DNA of 64,000 nt from a virus (lineage: Duplodnaviria; Caudoviricetes), in IMG/VR virus record IMGVR_UViG_2636416019_000001, positions 2,400 through 66,399 of that record; one strand, 5' to 3'. A model generated the notes under the pieces. That model had not been told where the DNA came from, did no database searches, and was given only the letters and a program-made list of their open reading frames with translations. Shown here in pieces: positions 19,012-27,897 of the stretch. The position numbers were made by a program, and so were the translations under genes. Each line of letters opens with the position of its first letter. Within the stretch, counting starts at the first letter, position 1.

Positions 19012-19554
19012 TCAGTACGGTTTTTCGACCTTTCCTTGGTCTTGCAGGCTTTTGATTTTGAAAAGGTCGTTCAGCATGTGGTCCATTTGATTGGCAAGCT
19101 GATTGCGCAAGCCGTCTTTCAGGGCGCCGGTTACGTTCGCCACGCTTTGCTGCATTTGCTTGCTGAAGTCTTCGGCGCAGATCTTGGTCATAAGCCACTG
19201 AGCCCGTGTAACAGTGTTGTAGTCACTGGTAGCTGGCTTGCCGTCACTAGGATTCACCTTGCCGTTCCAATAGGCAGTGACCGTCCTCTCCAGCTCTTTG
19301 CGCAGAGTGGTGGCAGGGCCTTCCTGATCGCCCCACTGATTCACGCGGCGATATTCACGCTCGAACGAGCCATTGATGGTTTCGTCGATCGCCATCTGGA
19401 TCTGCGAGGTAACGCGCTCATCGAAGATTTTGTCGATGCGCTTTTTCACCTCTTTCGCGACTAGTTCAGATAGATCTTCGTCTTCTCGCAGCAACTGGTC
19501 GGCGACATTCGCCACGATGGATTTTTTAAGTTCGGCTTCGTTGATGTTGAGCAT
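19012..19554 (-). CDS. phage hypothetical protein (first gene of the pL operon)
   Basis: 180-aa helical ORF, GGGAG RBS. Confidence 0.8.
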   Translation of the reverse strand: MLNINEAELKKSIVANVADQLLREDEDLSELVAKEVKKRIDKIFDERVTSQIQMAIDETINGSFEREYRRVNQWGDQEGPATTLRKELERTVTAYWNGKVNPSDGKPATSDYNTVTRAQWLMTKICAEDFSKQMQQSVANVTGALKDGLRNQLANQMDHMLNDLFKIKSLQDQGKVEKPY

Positions 19555-19821
19555 TTTGTGACTCCCGTTGATTTCCAATGCCGCCTCCTCGAAGCGGCAT
19601 CAGTAAATCTTTGGTCTTTCTCCGCACCCGCTTACCAGGTCATTCACTCAGTTCGGTCAACACCTCGTCCGCCGTCGCAGTGGGCTGCGCGTGGGCAGGC
19701 TTTCGGGCCTGTCGGATCGCCGGTCGCCAGTAGAGGCAAGTGCGGTTTTGTTCATCGGTTTACTGACCTCCCACCGATGGAGCCGGGAGTGACCTAACCG
19801 GACTGGCCGGGTAGTCGTTCA

Positions 19822-19843
19822 TGGCGCTGGTTGTTAAAGAGCG
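19822..19843 (-). promoter_or_regulatory. boxA antitermination (nut-like) site
   Basis: CGCTCTTTA-ACAACCAGCGCCA on the minus strand just downstream of pL. Confidence 0.75.
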
Positions 19844-19886
19844 GCGCGGCTTTCGCTGCTGGGCCTGTGTCGTTGGCTTGGATGCA

Positions 19887-19928
19887 AATATAGGCACTCC
19901 CATATTTATCGTCAATGGGTATTCCCAT
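19887..19928 (-). promoter_or_regulatory. pL promoter with two repressor operators
   Basis: TTGACG-N17-TATATT; operators ATAGGCACTCCCAT (19890-19903) and ATGGGTATTCCCAT (19915-19928). Confidence 0.85.
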
Positions 19929-19974
19929 ATTTTTTATAGGAGGCGATAAAAAGCCCGCTCAAAGGCGGGCTCAT

Positions 19975-20226
19975 TTACGCGTCGCAGTATTCTCGCCAGC
20001 CGATCCTGACGGCCCCGTCATGTAGATGCTCTATGCGTATGCCGGCGGTATCGCCAATGTCCTGAATCACCTGCTGCCATGCCTCCTGGCTCTCGTCGTC
20101 GCGTCTTGAGACGACAACCATTTGGATCTTCTGTACACCAGGGGAGGCGATTATTCCCTGTATGCGTCGACCTACCAGCTCATAGGAGTTTCTTAGTTTT
20201 GGTTTTTGGGAGGGGGCTTGATCCAC
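19975..20226 (-). CDS. DUF1654-like protein
   Basis: SYELVGRRIQGIIASP..Q..V..DDE..AW..GAVRIGW pattern. Confidence 0.75.
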   Translation of the reverse strand: MDQAPSQKPKLRNSYELVGRRIQGIIASPGVQKIQMVVVSRRDDESQEAWQQVIQDIGDTAGIRIEHLHDGAVRIGWREYCDA

Positions 20227-20245
20227 GGTTCGCTCCTTGTTTTAG

Positions 20246-20261
20246 CTGTATGGATATACAG
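20246..20261. promoter_or_regulatory. LexA (SOS) box
   Basis: CTGTATGGATATACAG = CTGT-N8-ACAG, just upstream of the DUF1654-like gene. Confidence 0.85.
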
Positions 20262-20397
20262 TATTTGTGCTGCCATAAATTGGCAAGAGGGAAGTGAAAC
20301 TAACCGTTTGAATGACCAGGAACCTCGAACGAATACCTCTCCGGCGGACACAAAAAAGCCCGCACTTGGCGGGCTCTGCTCTGCTTGGGCTGGCGGA

Positions 20398-20970
20398 TCA
20401 ATCAATGATTGGAGGGTACTTCCCGCTCACTGAGTCTCTGTAGACGATGTCGCCATAGAACTTGTAGGTTTCATGGAGCGTAGCTAGAGCGTCGCGGGCC
20501 TCGCTTTTTGATTCGTAAGGCCCGACACCCCATTGACCTTCCGCCATATTGACGAGGGGCAAAGCCAGGGAGCGGATAGCTTCGTGAAGTCGATCAACAT
20601 CTTCCGGCTTGCAAGGGATTGAGGCCACCCATCCATTCCTAAGTCTTGGTGCTGCAATTGGCTCAACATCGGCCCCGCAGTGCTTGCATTTTATGGCTGC
20701 TAGCTTGATTGGCTCTGCACACAACGGGCAGGGCCTTGTAGCTGCTCCAGCAGCATCTGCCTGGGTAATCTGGTTGCGACGCCCAAGCATCGTCATCAGC
20801 AAACCCGCAATTAGCAGTACGCCGCCGATGATGGTGTAGTTCTGGCGGTCAGCCATTAGACCCAAGTTATTCACTCGCCCCATGCCTGACGAAACAGAAA
20901 CATCCATGACCATCGCGCCGAGCATGACAAGTATTCCGATCACAACTGCCAGAACGCCAAATCCGCGCAT
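20398..20970 (-). CDS. membrane protein with zinc ribbon and SPOR-like C-terminus
   Basis: two TM helices, CPLCAEPIKLAAIKCKHCG, VGPYESKSEA; extended -10 TGGTAGAAT at 20998-21006. Confidence 0.8.
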   Translation of the reverse strand: MRGFGVLAVVIGILVMLGAMVMDVSVSSGMGRVNNLGLMADRQNYTIIGGVLLIAGLLMTMLGRRNQITQADAAGAATRPCPLCAEPIKLAAIKCKHCGADVEPIAAPRLRNGWVASIPCKPEDVDRLHEAIRSLALPLVNMAEGQWGVGPYESKSEARDALATLHETYKFYGDIVYRDSVSGKYPPIID

Positions 20971-21109
20971 AGGTATCCCTCCCGAAATAAAGTCGCAATT
21001 CTACCACTCTGGCCCCGCGCCATCACCCAACAGAAAGCCCGCTCAGTGGCGGGCTACGGGGAGGAGGGAAGAGCGGAAACAAAAAGCCCGGCGCTGGGCC
21101 GGGCATGGG

Positions 21110-22024
21110 TCATTGAATTTTTTTCGGTGAATACATCGTGCCGATCTGTATGGCTTCGTCTTTCCCACCTTTGAGCATCGTTGCTTTTTTCAGTATGTAT
21201 TCTGGGAATTTAGTGACCAAGTAATCATATCTGAACCACCTACGAAACTCAGCTAAGGCGTGGTTTGGGTATGCGCTGGCTTCTTGCGGATTGCTCTTGG
21301 ACTGCGGATATCTTGCCGGATAGTTGTGCTGACAAGGGACCCGATCGCCAAAAATCGAGGAATAATTGAATTCTTTCCAATGCTTAGCCCACATCTGGCC
21401 AACGCTAATATCTGGGATGGTTTTGTGGTTGACAGTCAGGTCGGCGTTAATCAAGTCCACGATCAGGCCCGTTATCTCATTGAAAACTATGAAATAGCCT
21501 ATGGGGGCCGCGTTATTGAGGATTGAAACCCTTTCGTGGTGGAACTGCCATCTGTCCCCTGGGGTATAGTTAAGCGAGTCATAGATAAACTTTTGCAGAC
21601 CGTAGGCTGCAAAACTTCTGTAGCTATCGATGGCTACTTGGTTCGTCGTACGGGACTCAAACGCATAGAACTCCAGGATGGCCATGCACACGATGTCTGG
21701 ATAGGCATAGTGAGGACTCCCATCTCGCATGGTTTCAATGTAAAGCTTTCGATCTGTGAAGCCTCTTTCCGACAGATACTGTTTAACGAAAGAGATCCTG
21801 TCTTTCGTAAGGACTTCGTCGTCGAAGTGATCTTCCCATTCCTGGGTAATGTCCTGAATTGCGCTGCGATGGGCGCCAGTTACTAGCGCCAGGCCGCGTT
21901 GCGTTAGAAAGGGGATGCCGTTTTCTAGAACCCCCATTTCGATGCCGTTTACGTCTCTCTGCACCTCAACCCCAAGGTCAAGCGCAATCTGTTTTGAGGT
22001 GGCCTTCAGTGAACCGTCTTTCAT
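21110..22024 (-). CDS. bstA: BstA-family abortive-infection phage defence protein
   Basis: MGVLENGIPFLTQRGLA, HYAYPDIVCMAILEFYAF, IPDISVG..WA.HWK and YP..ALAEFRRW match recalled Salmonella BTP1 BstA motifs; about 304 aa; downstream of cI. Confidence 0.85.
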   Translation of the reverse strand: MKDGSLKATSKQIALDLGVEVQRDVNGIEMGVLENGIPFLTQRGLALVTGAHRSAIQDITQEWEDHFDDEVLTKDRISFVKQYLSERGFTDRKLYIETMRDGSPHYAYPDIVCMAILEFYAFESRTTNQVAIDSYRSFAAYGLQKFIYDSLNYTPGDRWQFHHERVSILNNAAPIGYFIVFNEITGLIVDLINADLTVNHKTIPDISVGQMWAKHWKEFNYSSIFGDRVPCQHNYPARYPQSKSNPQEASAYPNHALAEFRRWFRYDYLVTKFPEYILKKATMLKGGKDEAIQIGTMYSPKKIQ

Positions 22025-22071
22025 ATCTATCTCCTTGATATATAACAATATTCACCCGGCCACCAATAGGC

Positions 22072-22314
22072 CTATTCGGCTTGGCTTCCCGGCTTCGCCC
22101 GCACAATCCTTCCTGCCTTCACCTCGTCCGCATAAGCCATGAGCTTGTCCTCGGCATCTGGGAAGCTTGCAATGATCGTCAGCAGCTCCCTGGCGCCAGC
22201 CTCAAACCCTGCCTCTGAAAGCCGCACAGCCATCTTCATCAGGTCGACGCCTGACCATTTGAGCAGGGCGGCAACCTCTTTCAGGTCGCGCCTTAGCTCG
22301 TTGCCCTGTCTCAT
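22072..22314 (-). CDS. phage hypothetical protein
   Basis: ELRRDLKEVAALLKWSGVDL helical ORF. Confidence 0.65.
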   Translation of the reverse strand: MRQGNELRRDLKEVAALLKWSGVDLMKMAVRLSEAGFEAGARELLTIIASFPDAEDKLMAYADEVKAGRIVRAKPGSQAE

Positions 22315-22318
22315 CAAC

Positions 22319-22963
22319 TCACCCAAAAAGGGCGCGCTGCCATTGCTGTTCACCGATAATAGCGATAGGGGTTCCAGCTTCTCTCAATTCGACCGCCTTC
22401 ATAATTTTTGTCCCATAGGAACTGTGGCGCCATTGGTCATTTCCAATGCTACCAACTACTAGGTAGTGAATTTTCTTGCTCACCCCTCCACCGATGATGC
22501 CGCCACGCTGTTCCACTAAGGCCTGACAGTCTTTTCGAGGTCCGTAGGCCATGATTCCAGTGAAAACGAACAATCTGCCGTCCCAAGTGAGATCTGGCTC
22601 TGGGCGATTGAAGGGAAGGTCGTTGGGCGCGCTGAAGGTTTGATCGCTAGCCTTTGGCTTTTCGGCACTCAGGCCCGAAAAGCTCTGCAGCAAGCCGATA
22701 AGCTCAATAGATTCCTCTGGGTCTAACACACCATCCAAGAGCATGTTGGAGAGCCGCGAATACAGCAGGTTAATGACTGGATCATCAAGGTGAGCGAGAT
22801 TCGTTTCAAGCCAGTCCTTGAGGAATAAGCCTTCAGCGGTAGACACGATACCGTCGGCGGCGAGGCCTGCTGCCAAGCCAACGAGGGCGTCAGCTGAGCG
22901 TCTATCTATCCTAGAGCTATGGAAGTACTTGCTCCGCTCGAATTCACCGTGAATGTCAGTCAT
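22319..22963 (-). CDS. TerB-like + BRCT domain protein
   Basis: GLAADGIVSTAE N-terminus; FVFTG..R..GG..VSKKIHYLVVG..K..KA..IIGEQQW BRCT. Confidence 0.85.
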   Translation of the reverse strand: MTDIHGEFERSKYFHSSRIDRRSADALVGLAAGLAADGIVSTAEGLFLKDWLETNLAHLDDPVINLLYSRLSNMLLDGVLDPEESIELIGLLQSFSGLSAEKPKASDQTFSAPNDLPFNRPEPDLTWDGRLFVFTGIMAYGPRKDCQALVEQRGGIIGGGVSKKIHYLVVGSIGNDQWRHSSYGTKIMKAVELREAGTPIAIIGEQQWQRALFG

Positions 22964-23074
22964 CTCAATTCCTTTTTAGATAATGTGCGCTAGTGGCTTG
23001 CAGCGGCAGATGATTCCGCTCGGTAGTGGGAATCTTTCAGCCTCAGTGCTTTTAACTATGTTGAGTCACGCTCC

Positions 23075-23284
23075 TTAATGAAGCGTCCTAACCTTGCTAC
23101 TTTCGCCGATCCTGATCCGATCGAGCGCCCGGTTTAGCGCGTCCAGGGCATTGAGGAGGGCTTTCGCTTCAGTCTCCCGCCCATCACCCCAAAGCCGCTC
23201 AGCCATTTTATTGAGGGCCTGGATGGATCGCTCGATATCAGCAGCAGTTGCTGCCTTGGCATCCGCCGGTTGTTTCTTTGGCAT
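23075..23284 (-). CDS. phage hypothetical protein
   Basis: 69 aa, directly downstream of cI. Confidence 0.65.
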   Translation of the reverse strand: MPKKQPADAKAATAADIERSIQALNKMAERLWGDGRETEAKALLNALDALNRALDRIRIGESSKVRTLH

Positions 23285-23950
23285 CTAGTAGAACTTCTGC
23301 AGAGCCTGCACCACGACGCCCACAATCCGGCAGTTCTCGTCGACCGGCTCGATCGGGTAACCAGGATTCAACGGCTTCAAGAACAGTCTGCCGCCATCGC
23401 TCACCAGCTTCTTGAACGTCGCCTCATTGCTGTCTGGCAGCTTGGCCACGACCAATTTGCCTGGAGAGACCTCCACCTCGGTATCGACCAGAATCAACGT
23501 TCCTTCCGTGATGCTCTGGCCGGCAGGGGCGGTCATCGAATCGCCTTTGACTTTCAGCCAGAACGCCGGGCCTTTCGAGTCGTATTCGGAAAACTCGTAG
23601 GTGTCGGAAATTCCGGCCGGGTAGGGCTCCACAGCCTCTGCCCAGGCGCCGGCGGCGACCCAGCTGATGACGGGGTATCGGAAGGACCGGGATGGTTGGA
23701 CGGCCATCGAGACATTGGACTCAGCCGGTCCGCTCCCCGCGGTCGATGTCATTGGGCCGATCTCATCTGACAGCCACTTGGCACTCACACCGCAAGCGTC
23801 AGCAATCTTTACAACGTGCGCAGTCGCTTTCGACTTCCCGCGCTCGAGGTCAGAAATCGATGTTTGCGTGATACCCGCCTTGGCGGCCAGTTCAGCCTGG
23901 TTGAGCTGCGCGTGCCGGCGTGCGGCTTTTAAACGGTCTTTGAATTCCAT
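23285..23950 (-). CDS. cI: CI-like repressor (HTH_3 + S24 peptidase)
   Basis: LNQAELAAKAGITQTSISDLERG HTH; AG cleavage site (VAAG), GDSM serine, TFKKL lysine. Confidence 0.95.
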   Translation of the reverse strand: MEFKDRLKAARRHAQLNQAELAAKAGITQTSISDLERGKSKATAHVVKIADACGVSAKWLSDEIGPMTSTAGSGPAESNVSMAVQPSRSFRYPVISWVAAGAWAEAVEPYPAGISDTYEFSEYDSKGPAFWLKVKGDSMTAPAGQSITEGTLILVDTEVEVSPGKLVVAKLPDSNEATFKKLVSDGGRLFLKPLNPGYPIEPVDENCRIVGVVVQALQKFY

Positions 23951-23956
23951 TGCGGG

Positions 23957-24024
23957 AGTATTACGGGCGCTCCCATATCCTTGCAAATCGGTATTCCCAT
24001 AACCTACTATATGGGTATTCCCGT
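23957..24024. promoter_or_regulatory. OR region: three operators, pR and pRM
   Basis: ACGGGCGCTCCCAT (23963), ATCGGTATTCCCAT (23987), ATGGGTATTCCCGT (24011) at 24-bp pitch; TTGCAA-N18-TACTAT. Confidence 0.85.
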
Positions 24025-24037
24025 ATGGAGGGGCATC

Positions 24038-24253
24038 ATGAACGCAATATACAAGGGCCTCGTTGACTATTTCGGCACGCAGGAGGCCACCGCCGAAAAG
24101 CTCAAGGTTGATCAAAGCACCGTTTCCGGATGGGTTCGGGGGAAGCACGGCATGTCTCCAGTTATTGCCAAGCGAGCGGAGGCGTTGACCGAAGGTGCTT
24201 TCAAAAAAGAATCCCTATGTCCGTCGTTTCCTTGGGCCGAAATGGCCGCCTGA
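24038..24253 (+). CDS. cro: Cro-like regulator
   Basis: 71-aa HTH (GTQEATAEKLKVDQSTVSGW), divergent from cI. Confidence 0.9.
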   Translation: MNAIYKGLVDYFGTQEATAEKLKVDQSTVSGWVRGKHGMSPVIAKRAEALTEGAFKKESLCPSFPWAEMAA

Positions 24254-24335
24254 TCAGGCTCTCGCTGATTCGATGAACAAATGATCGCCCACCACCCAGG
24301 CAGGGCGCCACGGAAACAGAAGTGAGGTTTTACGA

Positions 24336-24758
24336 ATGGAAGATTTTCTGCGGTCCTGCCAAAGCGCTGTGCTGGACAACGAGGCAAAGGCCCTGGCGGC
24401 AAAGATGGGCGTTCCTCACGTCAGTCTGTTGCAGCGCGCCAACCCGGACAACGACGCTCACCACCTGACGGTTGAGCACCTGTTCGGGATTTTGCTGCAC
24501 ACCGGCGATATGCGCCCGCTCGCAGCCCTGGCCAATGAGTTTGGTTTTGACTTGGTTGCGCGGAAGGCGCCAGAGCCTCAAGCCCTGACTAAGTCCCTGA
24601 TCAATGTCGGCAAGGAAGTGGCCGACCTGACGATCGCTGTCCACGAGGCCCTGGACGACGACCACGTCAGCACCTTTGAGAAATCCCAGATCCGCCAAGA
24701 GATCAACCATGTCCGCCATAGCCTTGACGTGATGGATGCGTCGGTGAGAGCGGCCTGA
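24336..24758 (+). CDS. CII-like phage regulatory protein
   Basis: position after cro; LLQRANPDNDAHHLTV motif. Confidence 0.8.
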   Translation: MEDFLRSCQSAVLDNEAKALAAKMGVPHVSLLQRANPDNDAHHLTVEHLFGILLHTGDMRPLAALANEFGFDLVARKAPEPQALTKSLINVGKEVADLTIAVHEALDDDHVSTFEKSQIRQEINHVRHSLDVMDASVRAA

Positions 24759-24908
24759 TTGTCCGCGTATGCGCGGACTTTTTGTAATGGGACCCCACAG
24801 ATTGGGGGCTTCGGGTTCGCACTAGTAATTAGCAGACCCAGAAACACAGGCACAAAAAAGCCGACGGTCGAGGGTCGGCTGATTCGTTAACACTTTGTGA
24901 GGCCGATT

Positions 24909-25760
24909 ATGCAGAGCCAAACCCATTCAATCAACACCCAGACAAATGTCGCGACACGTTTTCAGAATAAGCAAAACGTGCCGCGTACTTCTTCAGTGAT
25001 TCCTTTCGACTTCGACGGTGGTGCCATTCGGGTTATCACCGACGAACTTGGTGATCCATGGTTCGTTGCTCGGGACGTTGCCGACGTTTTGGGATATGCG
25101 AAGCCGGAGAACGCAATTTCCCGCCACTGCAAGGCTGCGACCACTACCCCGAAACAGGGTGGTGGGTTCATGACCATTATCCCTGAGCGCGATGTGTATC
25201 GCCTGGTTATGCGCTCCAAGCTGGCCGGCGCCGAGCGCTTCGAAGAGTGGGTTGTCGGTGAGGTCCTGCCAAGCATCCGCAAGACCGGAAAGTTTGAAGT
25301 GGCCAGCTCAAGTAGTTCGAAGGTTGTCGGCGAGTTGGCAATCATGGAGTGCTACACGCGCCTCCTGAAACCTGCACCGTCCAGCCAAATGATGATGCTG
25401 GCCAAGATCGCCGCGAACAACGGGCTGGAGTCGAGCTTTCTCCCAGGCTACGCCGTGGATGCAGCCCCGGATGCCGCCGGCGGCAGTTCAATGCCGACCA
25501 AGGCCGTTACCACCCTGATCAAAGAAAACGGCATTGCCTGTACTGCCGCGGCGTTCAATCTCGCCCTGGCAGGTCATGGGTTCCTCAAACAGCTTCAGCG
25601 TAAAAACTCGAAGCAGGTGATGGTCGACTTCTGGTCGGTGACTGATAAGGGCCTGGCCTACGGTAAGAACCTCACCAGCCCGCAATCCCCACGCGAAACC
25701 CAGCCTCACTGGTACGTGGATCGTTTCCTTGAGCTGGCCGCACTGGTCGGGAAGGCCTGA
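24909..25760 (+). CDS. Bro-N antirepressor-like protein
   Basis: PWFVARDVADVLGY..IPERDVYRLVMRSKL..AERFEEWVVGEVLPSIRKTGKF. Confidence 0.9.
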   Translation: MQSQTHSINTQTNVATRFQNKQNVPRTSSVIPFDFDGGAIRVITDELGDPWFVARDVADVLGYAKPENAISRHCKAATTTPKQGGGFMTIIPERDVYRLVMRSKLAGAERFEEWVVGEVLPSIRKTGKFEVASSSSSKVVGELAIMECYTRLLKPAPSSQMMMLAKIAANNGLESSFLPGYAVDAAPDAAGGSSMPTKAVTTLIKENGIACTAAAFNLALAGHGFLKQLQRKNSKQVMVDFWSVTDKGLAYGKNLTSPQSPRETQPHWYVDRFLELAALVGKA

Positions 25761-25761
25761 A

Positions 25762-26733
25762 ATGCAATTCACCATCACGATCAACCAGGTGAAGGCGCTC
25801 GAGTGGGGGCTGAACTCTCAACAGGCCCTACTGTTCGCCTTCATCTACGGCTGCCCGAGCTGGACCAAGCCGGTAAAGACCGATGACGGGATCTTCTTCG
25901 CGCTGAGCAAGGCCAAGATCGTCGAGGAGCTGCCGCTTCTAACCGACAAGCCAGACACTGCCTATCGCATGCTGAAGGCCCTGGACGAGGCCGGTTTGAT
26001 CGAGCTTTCCAGCACTTCCAATATCACGCTTTTCCGGCTGACCGAAAAGGCCATCGAGTGGAACCAGAAGCTTGATGGGTCGGAAAAATATCCGACCCCA
26101 GCAGAGAACAAAGGTCGGAAAAAAATCCGATCTACCTCGGAAAAATCTCCGAGCAAGGTCGGAAAAAAATCCGGGCTAGGGTCGGAAAAAAATCCGACAA
26201 ATCAGGATACCAATCATCAGGATACCAATCAGGGTACAAGTCAGGACTTGCAGGACGGTCCGGACAAGCCGGCTCCGTCCAGCGGCTTGGTGGTTCTGGA
26301 TCGCCTCGAAGTGCCGCGGGTTGAGATCCCGGCCGACATGCCAGGCCCCAAAGACCAAGCCTGCAAGACCTTCAAGGTCTGGGCGAACTACGCCATGGCT
26401 TACCGCAAGCGCTACAACGCCTGGCCGGTGTGGAACGCCAAGGTCGGTGGCCAGCTCGGCCAACTTGTCGACCGCCTCGGATCCGATGTCGCCCACCACG
26501 TCGCCGCTCACTTCCTGAAGAACAGCGATGCCGGTGTCGTGCGCAAGTGCCACAGCCTCAACGAGCTGCTGGCCAACGCCGAGAGCTACCACACCCAATG
26601 GGTCACTAATCGCCAGATGAACTCGACCACTGCCCAGCAGATCGAGCGCAAGCAGGCGAACCTGAACGCTGGCATGGAAGCAGCACAGCGGATCATGCAG
26701 CGCGCGGGAGGGCAGCCCAATGAGTTCCTCTGA
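25762..26733 (+). CDS. replication initiator (O-like)
   Basis: N-terminal wHTH, internal iterons, position in the operon. Confidence 0.85.
   Translation: MQFTITINQVKALEWGLNSQQALLFAFIYGCPSWTKPVKTDDGIFFALSKAKIVEELPLLTDKPDTAYRMLKALDEAGLIELSSTSNITLFRLTEKAIEWNQKLDGSEKYPTPAENKGRKKIRSTSEKSPSKVGKKSGLGSEKNPTNQDTNHQDTNQGTSQDLQDGPDKPAPSSGLVVLDRLEVPRVEIPADMPGPKDQACKTFKVWANYAMAYRKRYNAWPVWNAKVGGQLGQLVDRLGSDVAHHVAAHFLKNSDAGVVRKCHSLNELLANAESYHTQWVTNRQMNSTTAQQIERKQANLNAGMEAAQRIMQRAGGQPNEFL
26080..26230. repeat. replication origin iterons
   Basis: five palindromic TCGGA-N6-TCCG(A/G) at 26080, 26115, 26137, 26159, 26182, then ATCAGGATACCAATC x2. Confidence 0.85.
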
Positions 26734-27520
26734 GCGCATGGCACCTGACCAAATCGCCCGCCTGACCTTGGCGATCACCGCCACCGCGGAAGTGCTGGGC
26801 CAGACCATCACGTCCGAAGCCGCCGAAATGATGGCTGACGACCTGGCCGACTATCCCGCAGAGGCGGTGGCCGGCGCGCTGAAGGCCTGTCGCCGCGAGC
26901 TGACCGGCAAGCTGACCTTGGCCGCCATTCTCCAGCGGGTGCAGGCCGCTGACGGCCGTCCGGGCAAGGACGAAGCCTGGGCGATCGCCATGACCACCAA
27001 CGACGAGTTCGAAACCGTGGTGCTGACCGACGAGATTCAGCTGGCCCTGGCCGCTGCAAAGCCTGTTCTCGACGCCGGCGACAAGGTGGGGGCGCGCATG
27101 GCGTTCATCAGCGCCTACGAGCGGTTCGTCAGCCAGGCCCGGGAAGATGCCAAACCTGTCAACTGGCATGTCTCAGTGGGCTTCGACGCCAATCGCCGCA
27201 TCCAGGCAGTCACCAAGGCCGTGGAGATGCAGCGTATCCCGCAGGAGCGAGGGCGGTTGTACCTGGCCGACCTGAGCGTCACGCCAGTTACCGAAGACGG
27301 CCGGGCCGTCGTAGCACTGCTCACCGGTGAGGTGGCCAGGCCATCGCCAAAGCTGCGGGCAAAGCTCGAGGCCGTGAGGAACTCGATGCTGGAAATGCGA
27401 GCGGCATCAGCCAAAAGGAAGGACGAAATGCGGATTGAAGCAGCCAACGAGTTGGCGGATCGCCGGGCGATGCTGGTTCGGCAGGCCCAGGAACTGGAAG
27501 CTGGGAGGGCGGCGCAATGA
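26720..27520 (+). CDS. replication protein (P-like/helicase loader position)
   Basis: follows the initiator; 266 aa. Confidence 0.65.
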   Translation: MSSSERMAPDQIARLTLAITATAEVLGQTITSEAAEMMADDLADYPAEAVAGALKACRRELTGKLTLAAILQRVQAADGRPGKDEAWAIAMTTNDEFETVVLTDEIQLALAAAKPVLDAGDKVGARMAFISAYERFVSQAREDAKPVNWHVSVGFDANRRIQAVTKAVEMQRIPQERGRLYLADLSVTPVTEDGRAVVALLTGEVARPSPKLRAKLEAVRNSMLEMRAASAKRKDEMRIEAANELADRRAMLVRQAQELEAGRAAQ

Positions 27521-27897
27521 TCATCGACAAGGAAAAGCTGAAGTCTCTGCTGTGGTCCGTAGTGGCCTCATGGAAGGCTGAGGATTGCGACCTGCAGCGT
27601 CACACCGCTGCTCTGGATGAGCTCCTGGGCGACAAGACGGTAGAGGAGGTAGCGCTGCAGCTGATTGGGGAGAACGATCGGCTTGAGGTGGAACGCGACA
27701 GTTCGAAGCTATTGCTGAGGGACGTAATCGCACGTGATGACCAGCTCAAGGCCGAAAACGAGGCGCTGCGCAAGGTGCTTGCCGAGGCCGGCGCCGAGCT
27801 TCACGAGCTGAAAGCCTCGGTTGGCTTTCGTGCCCACACCCTGGAAGTGCTGCGGCAGATCGACGGCGTTATGAGCAAGGAGGCGGCCCATGGCTGA
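27517..27897 (+). CDS. phage hypothetical protein
   Basis: 126 aa, coupled. Confidence 0.7.
   Translation: MIIDKEKLKSLLWSVVASWKAEDCDLQRHTAALDELLGDKTVEEVALQLIGENDRLEVERDSSKLLLRDVIARDDQLKAENEALRKVLAEAGAELHELKASVGFRAHTLEVLRQIDGVMSKEAAHG

Noticed and set aside
23951-24148. 66-aa N-terminal extension of cI in the ORF track
   Set aside because: Overlaps the operators and cro; the HTH begins at MEFKDRL (23950)
26080-26230. CRISPR-like repeat array
   Set aside because: Spacers are only 6-19 bp, the array lies inside the initiator gene and no cas genes are present; these are origin iterons
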